Shown here in pieces: positions 28,018-38,550 of a DNA stretch of 64,000 bases. A program made the position numbers and the translations under genes. The notes beneath the pieces are model-generated. The model searched no databases, was not told where the DNA came from, and saw only the letters and a program-made list of their open reading frames with translations. Source of the DNA: Planctomycetota bacterium (GTDB lineage: Bacteria; Planctomycetota; B15-G4; SIAN01); NCBI GenBank assembly GCA_031409275.1, contig JANNXA010000055.1:352001-416000 (forward strand). The letters are read 5' to 3'. The number at the start of each line of letters is the position of its first letter. Positions within the stretch are counted from its first letter, which is position 1.

Positions 28018-28919
28018 GCCTGCGACCCGCGCGGGGCGCGGCGTTCTGCGCAGCGCTTGGGCTGCTCGCGACGAACGCGTGCGAGAAACCGCAGCTCGAC
28101 GCACCACCGCCACCGAAGGTCGGCGAGCTTCCGGCGGCCTCGGCGGACGCCGAGGTCGCGACGATCGACCCCGTCGCGGAGCTCACGCGCGACGCGCCGA
28201 CCGATCCCGCCGCACCCGATCCCGGCGCGCGCGTGCAACCGGTGTTTCGCGGCGGCACCGCGCCGCCGCCGAGCGATGAACCGAAGGACCCCGAGGAGCG
28301 CTGGTTGCAGTGCGAGCGCTACGACATCGACTTCAATGGCCAGAACCTGCGCACGCTGCGGATCGGCAAGCCAGGCTGGCCCGAGGTCCTGCTGCTGCAC
28401 GGGGCGCGCTTCGACTCGCGCACCTGGCTCGAGCTCGGCACGCTCGAACTGCTGGCGAAGAACGGCTACCGCGCCGTCGCCATCGACCTGCCGGGCTTCG
28501 GGCAGTCGAAGCAGATCACCGTCGCGCCGGAGAGCTTCCTCTGGATCGCGTTGCCGTTCCTCGATCTCAAGCGACCGGTGGTCGTCTTTCCGTCGATGAG
28601 CGGGACGTTCGCCTTTCCGCTGCTGATCGACCACCCCGAGCTGCTCGCGGGCCTCGTGCCGATCGCGCCCGCCGGCGTGCCCGATTTCGGCGCGCGCCTC
28701 ACCGGACTGACGCTGCCGGCCCTGATCGTCTGGGGCGAGTCGGACACCGTCTTCCCCACCTCGCAGGCGGAGACGCTGAAACGACTGTGGCCGCGAGCCG
28801 AGAAGCTGATCCTCCCGAAGGCGAGCCACGCCTGCTACCAGGACGATCCGGAGGGGTTCCACGCCGGCCTGCTCGCGTTCCTGAAGAAGGCCGATTGGAA
28901 GGCGCCGCCGGGCCGCTGA
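28014..28919 (+). CDS. ABHD14-like alpha/beta hydrolase, predicted lipoprotein
   Basis: LLLHGARF..TW..LGTL..L...GYRAVAIDLPGFG, nucleophile elbow PSMSG, GESD, HACY. Lipobox-like TNAC. Confidence 0.85.
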   Translation: MSLRPARGAAFCAALGLLATNACEKPQLDAPPPPKVGELPAASADAEVATIDPVAELTRDAPTDPAAPDPGARVQPVFRGGTAPPPSDEPKDPEERWLQCERYDIDFNGQNLRTLRIGKPGWPEVLLLHGARFDSRTWLELGTLELLAKNGYRAVAIDLPGFGQSKQITVAPESFLWIALPFLDLKRPVVVFPSMSGTFAFPLLIDHPELLAGLVPIAPAGVPDFGARLTGLTLPALIVWGESDTVFPTSQAETLKRLWPRAEKLILPKASHACYQDDPEGFHAGLLAFLKKADWKAPPGR

Positions 28920-28965
28920 GTCGATCCGAGGCGAGCGCGCCTGCGCGCGCCGCGGCCAGCGCGAA

Positions 28966-29634
28966 TCAACCTGCGCGAGTGAGCAGGTAGGCGCGCTCGT
29001 GCGCGGCGTCGAGCCCTTTGGCGCGAAAGTGCGGCTCCTCGTCGATCAGCGACTTGCTCCCGAGCTCCTCGAGCGCGCCGAGCGGCGCGAAGAGTTCACG
29101 AACCTCCTCGACCCCGACCGCGAACGGCGGCCCCGCCATCTTCCGCGAGTCGTACTCGAGCGTGACGATCAGCATGCGACCGCGCGGAGCCAGCAGCGCG
29201 CCGCACCGTTCTGCGTAGCGGCGGCGCAGCGGCGGCGGCAGCGCGATCAACGCCGCGCGATCGTGGATGGCATCGAAAGTGCCCTCGCGCGCCGGGTCGA
29301 GCGCGAAGAAGTCGCCACGCCACAGCTCGATTGCGCCGCTTGCCGTCACCTCGAAGGGAGCTCCGTGCGGAGCCGCATGCACCTGCGCGGCGAGGCGCTG
29401 CTCGGCGAAGAAATCGTGCACGGCCTTGGCCGCGAGCTCGACCCCCAACACCGCGTGGCCGCGGCGCGCCAGCCAAGCCAGATCGACGCTCTTGCCGCAA
29501 AGCGGGACGAGGACGCGCTCGTCGCCGCGCGGCAGCAGGCGCGCCGCATGCGCGACGAGCCAGCATTGCGGCGCCTCGCGATGAAACGCGATGCGCCCCT
29601 CCTCCCAGCGCTGGATCCAGTACTCCGGTTCCAT
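28966..29634 (-). CDS. tpm: Thiopurine S-methyltransferase
   Basis: WIQRW...FH, VLVPLCGKSVDL, GDFF, DRAALIAL, GPPF. Confidence 0.92.
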   Translation of the reverse strand: MEPEYWIQRWEEGRIAFHREAPQCWLVAHAARLLPRGDERVLVPLCGKSVDLAWLARRGHAVLGVELAAKAVHDFFAEQRLAAQVHAAPHGAPFEVTASGAIELWRGDFFALDPAREGTFDAIHDRAALIALPPPLRRRYAERCGALLAPRGRMLIVTLEYDSRKMAGPPFAVGVEEVRELFAPLGALEELGSKSLIDEEPHFRAKGLDAAHERAYLLTRAG

Positions 29635-29654
29635 CAAGGAGCTCCGCGGGCGTG

Positions 29655-30425
29655 TCAGCGTCGAAACTGCGGCGGCCGTTTGGCGAGGAACGCCTCGACC
29701 CCTTCGATCGCGTCGGGAGTCGCCATCAGGTCGCCGCGGTAGAGCCGCTCGATCCGCGGCAGCAGCGCCTCGACGCGGTCGGCGAGCTCGAAGCGCGCCG
29801 CCTGCGTCGCGAACCGCAGCGCGCTGGCGGACTTGCGCAACCAGTTCGCTCGCACCCACTCGAGCGCGGCCGCTTCCGGATCGTCAGCCAAGGCGTCGAC
29901 GAGGCCCCACGCCAGCGCGTCGGCGGCGCCGACACGACGAGCGGTCAGCAACATCTCGTCCGCGCGCGCCTGACCGATCCGGACCGGCAGGAGCAGTGAT
30001 GCAAGCGGTGCGAAGACACCGAGCTCGATCTCCGGCGTCGCGCACTCGCTATCAGGCGCCGCGAAGAGGCGTTGCGCCAGCAGCGCCAGTTCGAGGCTGC
30101 CGCCCAGGCACTTGCCTCGCACCGCGACCGCGAGCGGCAGCCCGCTCGCCAGGAACTCGCGCACGAACGCGTGGAACTCGACCAGGAACGGGCCGATCTT
30201 CGCGGCTCGATGGTCGTCGATGCTGGCGCCGTAACCGAAATGGTCGCCGCGGGTCGTGAGGAGCAGCGCGTGCGGCCGCGCCGATGAGCGCGCCGCCGAG
30301 TGGAGTGCGCGACGCAGCTCGCTGACGAGCGCTCGATCGAGGACGTTGCCCGGCGGAGCGTGGAGGTGCCAGACCTGCAGTCTTCCTTCGTCGAGTTCGC
30401 TGATCTGCAGGCGCGGTTCATCCAT
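29655..30425 (-). CDS. Enoyl-CoA hydratase/isomerase (crotonase; dienoyl-CoA hydratase-like)
   Basis: APPGNVLD, FGYGASIDDH, CLGGSLEL, PEIELGVFAP, DAIEGVEAFLAKR. Confidence 0.88.
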   Translation of the reverse strand: MDEPRLQISELDEGRLQVWHLHAPPGNVLDRALVSELRRALHSAARSSARPHALLLTTRGDHFGYGASIDDHRAAKIGPFLVEFHAFVREFLASGLPLAVAVRGKCLGGSLELALLAQRLFAAPDSECATPEIELGVFAPLASLLLPVRIGQARADEMLLTARRVGAADALAWGLVDALADDPEAAALEWVRANWLRKSASALRFATQAARFELADRVEALLPRIERLYRGDLMATPDAIEGVEAFLAKRPPQFRR

Positions 30426-30445
30426 GGTGCCGCGCATCATGCCGC

Positions 30446-31831
30446 TCAGCGCGGCGGCGCGCGCGTGGCGTGGACTTCGACCCGCGCGGCGGCGTCGAGC
30501 CGCACTTCGAGCGACTGCTCGACGTAAGGCTCCGCAAGATGGAGCTGCGCGACGCCACCGAGCGCCGGCAGGGCCAGCGTGCCGTCGGCCGCCAACGGCA
30601 GGCGGAAGTGGCCGCTCGCCAGATCGAGGCCGACCCACGTGCGAAAGCGCGGTGGCGGCATCACCGCCACGTGCGTCGTCGCCGCTTGATCGAGCAGGAG
30701 CACCGTTTCGCCGCCCACGCTCGCCCTCACGCCGAGACGACGCCCGAAGCGGGCACGCGCACCCGCCTGGAAGGCGATCACCTCGATCGCCGCGAGGTCG
30801 GCGCGCCGCTCGACGGGAAGCGCCACTTTTCCTTGCTCGTCGCTCTCGACCGAGAAGAGCGAGGGCGCCAGCCCAGCCGTGCGTGCACCGTCCAGCGCCA
30901 CCACGAAAGCGTGAGGCGCCGCTTCGAAGGAACGATCGAGCACGACGAGCGGGTAGGCGCCGACCTCGTCCGGAGCGAGCGCGTCGGCGGCCAGGTCGCT
31001 CCACTCGAGCCACGCAGGCGCCAACGCGTCACTCGCCGCCGCATCGGGAAACAGCCGCGCCTGAAGCCAGCGCTCGCCGCCCAGTCCGCGTGCGCCGACA
31101 CGGCCCGGCGCGACTTCGCCGCTCGCGAGGCGCAAGTCCAAAGCCGCGACATGGACGAGCTCCCGTCCGCGCTGCGCGCTCCATTCCAGATGGTCGCGAT
31201 CGGCGTGGAGCACATCGAAGCTGCACCACGCGGGGTGGTGCGTCGTCGCCGACGGGAAGAGCAACGTCCGCCCCGCCCGAGCGCCGAGCAGCGCCTGCTC
31301 GTAGTCGTCGCTTGCACGCGGGAGGCGTGACAGCGCCGGATCGAGCGCGAGGACTTCGAGTTCGAGCGTCACGGGCGCGGTCGCGGCGGCTCGCGGTGCG
31401 ACGCGCAGGCGCGCCACTGCGCCGCCCCCGCCTTCGCTTGCGCGGAGCGTGCGCACCAGCGCTGAGTCGCCCATGGCCAGCTTGACGCTCGTCAGCAGCG
31501 GCCGCGGTCGACCGTTGGCGCCGAGCTCGAAGTTGAACGGCAACCACTCCTCGTCGGAGAGCGCCGCGAAGGCGGCGTAGGCGGCGGTCGGCGCGGCGGT
31601 CGCGGCCGCATCGCTGACGCGCACCGCACTCCCGAGCTGCGCCAGCTCCACCACGACGCCAACGCCCTCCGCGCGCACCACGAGGTCGCCCACCGCATCG
31701 CCGAGCAGCTCGATCGAGGTCGCCGCTTCCGTCACGGCGACGCGGCGCGGCACGAAGGCATCGCGCAGCCAAGGCGGCGCACCCCCGAGGGGGTCGATCG
31801 CGGCAGCCAGCAGCAGCGCACCCAGCACCAT
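30446..31831 (-). CDS. Hypothetical exported protein
   Basis: Long Ala/Leu-rich ORF with a hydrophobic N-terminus; TATGCT -10 box 6 nt before ATG 31831. Confidence 0.6.
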   Translation of the reverse strand: MVLGALLLAAAIDPLGGAPPWLRDAFVPRRVAVTEAATSIELLGDAVGDLVVRAEGVGVVVELAQLGSAVRVSDAAATAAPTAAYAAFAALSDEEWLPFNFELGANGRPRPLLTSVKLAMGDSALVRTLRASEGGGGAVARLRVAPRAAATAPVTLELEVLALDPALSRLPRASDDYEQALLGARAGRTLLFPSATTHHPAWCSFDVLHADRDHLEWSAQRGRELVHVAALDLRLASGEVAPGRVGARGLGGERWLQARLFPDAAASDALAPAWLEWSDLAADALAPDEVGAYPLVVLDRSFEAAPHAFVVALDGARTAGLAPSLFSVESDEQGKVALPVERRADLAAIEVIAFQAGARARFGRRLGVRASVGGETVLLLDQAATTHVAVMPPPRFRTWVGLDLASGHFRLPLAADGTLALPALGGVAQLHLAEPYVEQSLEVRLDAAARVEVHATRAPPR

Positions 31832-31918
31832 CGCCGCAGCATAGTCGGACCGAAGGTTCACTATCGTGTCGGCCCCTCATCCGTAGAAGTGGCCCCTGAA
31901 ATGGAGGCGCGCGAAGGC

Positions 31919-32908
<990 letters not shown>

Positions 32909-32925
32909 CGACGGACGCCGCCCGC

Positions 32926-33867
32926 ATGGACGACGAAGCCGTCAGCGCCATCCTGCGGCAGGTCCGCCGCGTCGAGATCACCGCGCGTCGCGCGGTCGAT
33001 GAGCTCTTCGCCGGCCAGTACCACTCCGCGTTCCGCGGCCGCGGCATGGAGTTCGACGAGGTCCGCGAATACCAGCCCGGCGACGAGATACGGACCATCG
33101 ACTGGAACGTCACGGCACGCGCCGGCACGCCGTTCATCAAGCGCTTCCGCGAAGAGCGCGAGCTCACCGTCCTCTTCCTCGTCGACGCCTCGGGCTCGGC
33201 GGCGTTCGGCAGCGGAGCGCAGGCGCGCCACGTGGCGCAAGCCAAGTGCGCGGCGCTGCTGATGTTCACCGCGCTCGCCAACCAGGACAAAGTCGGGCTC
33301 GCCACCTTCGCCGATCAGCCGGGCACCTTCTTCCCTCCGCGCAAAGGTCGCGGCGCCGTGATGCGCCTCGTCCGCGAACTCTTCACGCCCGCCCCGCCGC
33401 GCCGCGGCACCGCCATCGCACCGGCGCTCGACTGGCTGAACCGCGTGCAGAAGCGGCGTTGCGTGCTGTTCGTTCTTTCCGATTGGCTCGACCCGGCCGC
33501 CGCCACCCCCGCTTTCGAGCGCACGCTGGCCGTCACGGCCCGCCGCCATGACGTCGTTGCCGTGGTCCTCTCCGATCGTCGCGAACAGGAGCTGCCGAAC
33601 GTCGGCCTCGTGGAGGTCGAGGACCTCGAGACGGGCGCGCGCGGCGAACTCGACAGCGCCAGCGCCACGGTGCGCGAGTGGTACCGAACGCGGCAACGGC
33701 AGCGCCACGACGAGCGCCTGGCCCGTCTGCACCGCTGCGGGGCAGACGTGCTGCCGGTGACCTTGCCCGACGCGGCTCCTGCCGATCGCAGCGGGCGCGA
33801 TCCGCTGCTCGACGCCTTCGGCGCGGAGCTGCAAGCCCTCTTCCGTCGTCGCGGGCGCCGCCGATGA
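32926..33867 (+). CDS. DUF58 domain (vWA-like) protein
   Basis: FRGRGMEFDEVREYQPGDEIRTIDWNVTAR, VDASGS, LSD. Confidence 0.93.
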   Translation: MDDEAVSAILRQVRRVEITARRAVDELFAGQYHSAFRGRGMEFDEVREYQPGDEIRTIDWNVTARAGTPFIKRFREERELTVLFLVDASGSAAFGSGAQARHVAQAKCAALLMFTALANQDKVGLATFADQPGTFFPPRKGRGAVMRLVRELFTPAPPRRGTAIAPALDWLNRVQKRRCVLFVLSDWLDPAAATPAFERTLAVTARRHDVVAVVLSDRREQELPNVGLVEVEDLETGARGELDSASATVREWYRTRQRQRHDERLARLHRCGADVLPVTLPDAAPADRSGRDPLLDAFGAELQALFRRRGRRR

Positions 33868-34808
33868 GCGCACGCGCCACCCGTACGCAGTCACCCCCTC
33901 CCGCCGACGCGCCGCTGCGCTCCGCCGTCGCGACGAAGGGCCCCGTCTCGGCGTGGCTCGAGGTGGCGCCAGCGAAGCCACGCCTCTCCGACGAGCCGAC
34001 GTTGACGCTGGTCATCGAGGTGGAGCCGGGCATCACCGTCGAGCCGCCGCCCTTTGGCGACGTCATCGCCGACTTCGCGATCCGCGGCCTCCACTCCCCG
34101 CTGCCGCAGTCGGTGAACGGGCGCGAACAGCAACGCCACGAGTTCCGCCTCGAACCGCTCTCGTCCGGGACGCACGTCATCCTGCCGATCCCGCTCGCCT
34201 TCATCGACACGCGCAAGGAGGGCGACGGACAACGTCACGTCCTCGAAACGGAGTCGCTGTCGGTCGACATAGCCGCACTCGAAGGAGCGAGCGTCCCGTC
34301 GCTCGCCGACCTCGCGCCGAGCGAGGCGCCGGTCGAGCTGCCGCGTGAGCGATCGCTGCTCGAATGGTCGATCGGCGGCGGCGCGCTGCTCGTGCTGCTG
34401 CTCGCGTGGGTGGCGTGGCGACGCCGACGCCAGCGCGCGGCGCCCCCGCCGACGCCGCTCGAACTGGCGCAGCGCGAGCTCGCGGCGCTGCTCGCCGCCG
34501 ACCCGGACGGCACGCGCGACGTGAAGCGCTTCTACGTCGAGCTCACGGCCATCGTCCGCCGCCATGTCGAGCGCACCACCGCGGTGAAGGCGCCGGAACA
34601 GACGACCGCGGAGTTCCTGCGCGCGATGCAAGGACACCCCGCCTTCGACACCAGCCGGCGCGAGCGGCTGACCGCGTTCCTGGAAGCGGCCGACCTCGTC
34701 AAGTTCGCCGGCCAATTGCCGCACGCGAGCGCCATCGCAGCCAGCATCGAGCGCGCGCGCGAGTTCCTGATCGCCTTCGCGGCGCCGGCGCCGGGGGCGA
34801 TGGCATGA
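33864..34808 (+). CDS. Bat-operon membrane protein (BatD-like Ig domain + TM + helical domain)
   Basis: ATGA-coupled; FYVELTAIVRRHVE...EQTTAEF and ADLVKFA are typical of the gene between DUF58 and batA. Confidence 0.8.
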   Translation: MSARATRTQSPPPADAPLRSAVATKGPVSAWLEVAPAKPRLSDEPTLTLVIEVEPGITVEPPPFGDVIADFAIRGLHSPLPQSVNGREQQRHEFRLEPLSSGTHVILPIPLAFIDTRKEGDGQRHVLETESLSVDIAALEGASVPSLADLAPSEAPVELPRERSLLEWSIGGGALLVLLLAWVAWRRRRQRAAPPPTPLELAQRELAALLAADPDGTRDVKRFYVELTAIVRRHVERTTAVKAPEQTTAEFLRAMQGHPAFDTSRRERLTAFLEAADLVKFAGQLPHASAIAASIERAREFLIAFAAPAPGAMA

Positions 34809-35872
34809 ACGGCCTGCGTTTTGGCGAACCGCTGGCTTTGCTGACGCTGCTGCCGCTGCTCCTTGCGTTGTGGTGGCGGGCGCGGCACGGCACCCCCCGC
34901 GTGCTCATCAGCAGCGCGGAGCTCTTCGCCGGCGCGCCGCGCACCGTCGCGCAGCGAGTCGCGACCGGGTTGCGCCGACTCCACGGCGTCGCGCTCGTGC
35001 TGCTCGTGGTCGCGCTGGCGCGACCGCAGCGCGGCCTCGAAGAGCATCGTGTCCGCAGCGAAGCGATCGCCATCGTGATGGCGATCGACCGCTCCGATTC
35101 GATGCGCGCGCTCGATTTCGAGATCGACGGCCAGCGCCAGGATCGGCTCACCGTCGTGAAGCGGGTGTTCCGCGACTTCGTGACCGGCGGGGACGAACTC
35201 GGCGGCCGCCCCGATGACCTGATCGGGCTGGTCTCGTTTGGCGGCTGGCCGGAAGAGCGCTGCCCGTTGACGCTCGACCATGGGGCGCTGCTGCAGTCGC
35301 TCGACGCGATCGTGATCCCGGAGCCGTGGCGCGACGCGCGCGGCCAGCCGGTCGCCGACGAGCTCTACAACGAGTCGGTCAGCACCGCGATCGGCGACGC
35401 GCTCGCGCTCGCCGTCGAGCGCGTCCAGTCGACACCGGCGAAGAGCAAGGTCGTGGTGCTGCTCTCCGACGGCGAGCAGACCGCCGGCCTGCTCGAACCG
35501 CTGGCGGCCGCGACCGCGGCGCGCGACCTCGGCGTCAAGGTGCACACCATCGGCGTCGGCACCACCGGCGTCGTCCCCTTCCCGCAACGCGATCGCTTCG
35601 GCAGCGTGAGCTACGTGGCGCAACGGGTCCGCCTCGACGAAGCGACGCTGCGCGAGGTCGCCGAAACGACGGGCGGCCGGTACTGGAATGCGCAGGATCG
35701 CGCGACGCTGGCGCGCGTCTACCAGGAGATCGACACGCTCGAGAAGACGGCGATCGAAGGGGTCGCCTACACCGAATGGAGCGAGCTCTACCGCTGGCTG
35801 CTGCTCCCCGCGGCGCTGCTCTTCGTGCTCGACAGCGTGCTGGCCGCGACCCGATTGCGGACGCTGCCATGA
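34805..35872 (+). CDS. batA: BatA vWA-domain protein
   Basis: RFGEP..L, ALARPQ, MIDAS DRSDSM, PLTLDH, TAIGDAL, LLSDGE, TIGVG, IDTLEK. Confidence 0.9.
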   Translation: MNGLRFGEPLALLTLLPLLLALWWRARHGTPRVLISSAELFAGAPRTVAQRVATGLRRLHGVALVLLVVALARPQRGLEEHRVRSEAIAIVMAIDRSDSMRALDFEIDGQRQDRLTVVKRVFRDFVTGGDELGGRPDDLIGLVSFGGWPEERCPLTLDHGALLQSLDAIVIPEPWRDARGQPVADELYNESVSTAIGDALALAVERVQSTPAKSKVVVLLSDGEQTAGLLEPLAAATAARDLGVKVHTIGVGTTGVVPFPQRDRFGSVSYVAQRVRLDEATLREVAETTGGRYWNAQDRATLARVYQEIDTLEKTAIEGVAYTEWSELYRWLLLPAALLFVLDSVLAATRLRTLP

Positions 35873-38550
35873 GCCTCGCGATGATGGAGACGCTCCTCTT
35901 CGACGAGCCGCGCTGGCTGCAAGCACTGTGGCTGCTGCTGCCGCTCGGCTGGCTGCTGGTCCGCGCCGAACGCAAGCGCCGGGCGGCGGCGGCCGCCTTC
36001 GCTGCGCCGGCGCTGGCCGCGCAGCTGTTGCCGCCGTTGCACGGCGCGCGCCCCTGGCTGCGCGGCTCGTGCCAACTGCTCGGCGTCGCCGCGCTGCTGG
36101 TGGCCAGCGCTGGACCGCGACTGGGCTTGAGGGTCGAGCCGACCCAGCAGCGCGGCGCCGATCTCCTGGTCCTGCTCGATGTGAGCCGCTCGATGCTGTC
36201 GGAAGACGTCGCGCCCAACCGCCTCGAACGGGCGCGCTCCGACGTGCAGGATCTCGTCACGCGACTCGAAGGCCATCGCCTCGGCCTCGTGCTGTTCGCG
36301 GGCAAGGCGCTGCTGGCGTGTCCGCTCACCTTCGATCGCGCCTTCTTCCTCGCGGCGCTCGAGCGGGCCGGGCCGGGGAGCGCGCCGCTCGGAGGCACCG
36401 CCATCGGCGACGCGTTGCGCACGGCGCTCGAAGCGCTGCCGCCGGCGGGCGACCGTGAACAGGCGCTGCTGCTGATCACCGACGGCGAAGACCACGACTC
36501 CTTTCCGCTCGAAGCGGCGCGCCAGGCGGCGGATCGTGGCATCCTCATCTTCACCGTGGGATTGGGCGATCCGAACGAAGGCGCGCGCGTGCCGACTACG
36601 ACCGCGGCGGTCGCCGGCAGCGCGACGTTCCTCAAGCATGACGGTCAGGAGGTCTGGTCGAAGATGCAGGAAGGGCTGCTGCGCGACATGGCCACGACCA
36701 CTGGCGGCGCCTACGTCCCGGCCCGCACTCAGCACTTCGACCTCGGCGAACTCTACGTCGACCACCTCGCGAAGCTGCGCCGCGGCGACCTCGGCACCAC
36801 CCGCCGCCAGCGCCACACCGCCCGCTTCCCATGGTTGATCGGAACCGGGCTCGCGCTGCTGCTCGCCGCACGACTGCTGGCGCCGCTGACTTGCGCACCG
36901 GCCGCCCGCCGTCTTGCAGCGCTCGCGCTGCTGCTGCTGGCCGGCAACGGCACGGCGCGCGCGGGCGATGCGCCGGCCGCGGTCGCGGAAGGGATCGCCC
37001 ACTTCGAGAAGGGCGACACCGCCGCCGCCATCGAGCGCTTCGACGCCGCCGCGCAGCTCGACCCGCGCGCGCTCGCCATCGTCTTCGATCGCGGCTGCGC
37101 GAAGCTGAAGGCGGGCGATCGCGACGGCGCCGTCGCGGACTTCCTGCGCGCCGCCACGGCGCGCGATCCAGCGCTCGCGGCGAAGGCGCGATTCAACCTC
37201 GGCGCCACCGCCGTCGATCGAGCGCAGGCGGCGCTCGGCGCCACGCCGGAAGAGGCGAAGGGCGAGGCGCGGACGAACGCCGTGGCCGCGCTCGAAGAGG
37301 CGATCGGCCACTACCGCTCCTGCCTGGCCATCGCGCCCGACCACGTCGCGGCGCGCCAGAACCTTGAGAAGCTCAAGCTCTGGCTCAAGTACATGGAAGA
37401 GACGTGGGCACGACGCGACCGCGAGCGGCGGCGCGAGGAACTCGACGTCGGTGCGTTCCTCGACTGGTTGCGCGAGGAGGAGGGGCGCTGGCGCGATTCG
37501 GTGCGCCCGCTCGCGGCGACCGCTGACTCGCCGCTGCGCCGGACGGCGGTCGATGCGCTCGCACGCGCCCAACGCGACCTGCGCGGCGAGTTGCCGACGC
37601 TCCGGTCGAAGCTCGCGAAAGCGGTGCAGGATGCCGCGGCGCAGGCGCAGTCGGCGGCGTCGGGTGGCGCCCCGCCCGACCCCAACGGCCCGCCGTCGCC
37701 ACCCGTTCCGCCCGCGCCATCCCCCGATCCAGCGGCCTTCGAAGCAGCGCTGCGCGGACTCGTCGCGGCGGTCGACGCGATCGACGCGACCATGGAGCAG
37801 GCGGGCGGCGCGCTGGCGGCGGCGCGCTTCGCCGAGTGCGATCGCGCCGGTTTCGGCGCCCAGCAGCAGCTCGAAGCACTCTGGTTCACGTTGGCCGACC
37901 TCGCCTCGCTGATCCGGCGCGGCGACTCGCTCGCGACGCCGGCGCTCGCCGCCACCGAACCGTTCGCGCAACCAGGCGCCGCCTCGCTTTCAAGCGACGC
38001 GGAAGCGAAGCGCAAGCTGCAGGAACTCGACGCGCGCCTCGCGGCGCTGGCGCCGCTGCTGGCACCGCATGCGCAAGCGCAGCAGGGCGACGAAGCGCTT
38101 GCCGCCGTCGCCGCGCGCGCCATTGAACTCGCGCCGGCGATCGAGGCCGCCACTCAGCTCGCCGCACAACGGGTCGCCGCGGACGACGGCGCCGGCGCGC
38201 TGCCGCCCGCGCAGGAGGCGCAGCGACTGCTGCGCGAGCTGCTCGACCTGCTGCCCAAGGACGACAAGCAGGACGACAAACAGGACGAGAAGAAAGACGA
38301 GAAGAAGGACGACTCGAACGATCCGAAGCAGGACCCTTCGCAGCCCGAAGATGCGTCGTCGAAGGACGAGAAGAAGCCGCCGGAGTCTCCTTCGGAGAAG
38401 GACGGCGAGCGCTCGCCCGAGGAGCGCAAGGAGCAGGCGCAGACACTGGTGCGCCGCGCCCTGGAACGCGCGCGCCAGAAGGCGGACGAGCAGAAGAAGG
38501 CGCAGGAGGCGATCCTGCTGGGACGCGGAGCGGTCGATCGTGACTGGTGA
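35869..38550 (+). CDS. batB: Fused BatB (vWA) - BatC (TPR) protein
   Basis: DVSRSMLSEDVAPNRL, PLTFD, ITDGEDH; then TPRs (ARFNLG...ARQNLE), a charged low-complexity linker and terminal DRDW. Confidence 0.88.
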   Translation: MSLAMMETLLFDEPRWLQALWLLLPLGWLLVRAERKRRAAAAAFAAPALAAQLLPPLHGARPWLRGSCQLLGVAALLVASAGPRLGLRVEPTQQRGADLLVLLDVSRSMLSEDVAPNRLERARSDVQDLVTRLEGHRLGLVLFAGKALLACPLTFDRAFFLAALERAGPGSAPLGGTAIGDALRTALEALPPAGDREQALLLITDGEDHDSFPLEAARQAADRGILIFTVGLGDPNEGARVPTTTAAVAGSATFLKHDGQEVWSKMQEGLLRDMATTTGGAYVPARTQHFDLGELYVDHLAKLRRGDLGTTRRQRHTARFPWLIGTGLALLLAARLLAPLTCAPAARRLAALALLLLAGNGTARAGDAPAAVAEGIAHFEKGDTAAAIERFDAAAQLDPRALAIVFDRGCAKLKAGDRDGAVADFLRAATARDPALAAKARFNLGATAVDRAQAALGATPEEAKGEARTNAVAALEEAIGHYRSCLAIAPDHVAARQNLEKLKLWLKYMEETWARRDRERRREELDVGAFLDWLREEEGRWRDSVRPLAATADSPLRRTAVDALARAQRDLRGELPTLRSKLAKAVQDAAAQAQSAASGGAPPDPNGPPSPPVPPAPSPDPAAFEAALRGLVAAVDAIDATMEQAGGALAAARFAECDRAGFGAQQQLEALWFTLADLASLIRRGDSLATPALAATEPFAQPGAASLSSDAEAKRKLQELDARLAALAPLLAPHAQAQQGDEALAAVAARAIELAPAIEAATQLAAQRVAADDGAGALPPAQEAQRLLRELLDLLPKDDKQDDKQDEKKDEKKDDSNDPKQDPSQPEDASSKDEKKPPESPSEKDGERSPEERKEQAQTLVRRALERARQKADEQKKAQEAILLGRGAVDRDW

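Noticed and set aside
29655..30425. Anaerobic benzoyl-CoA pathway (dch-like hydratase)
   Set aside because: No bcr/bam, had or oah genes nearby; only a generic crotonase call is supported.
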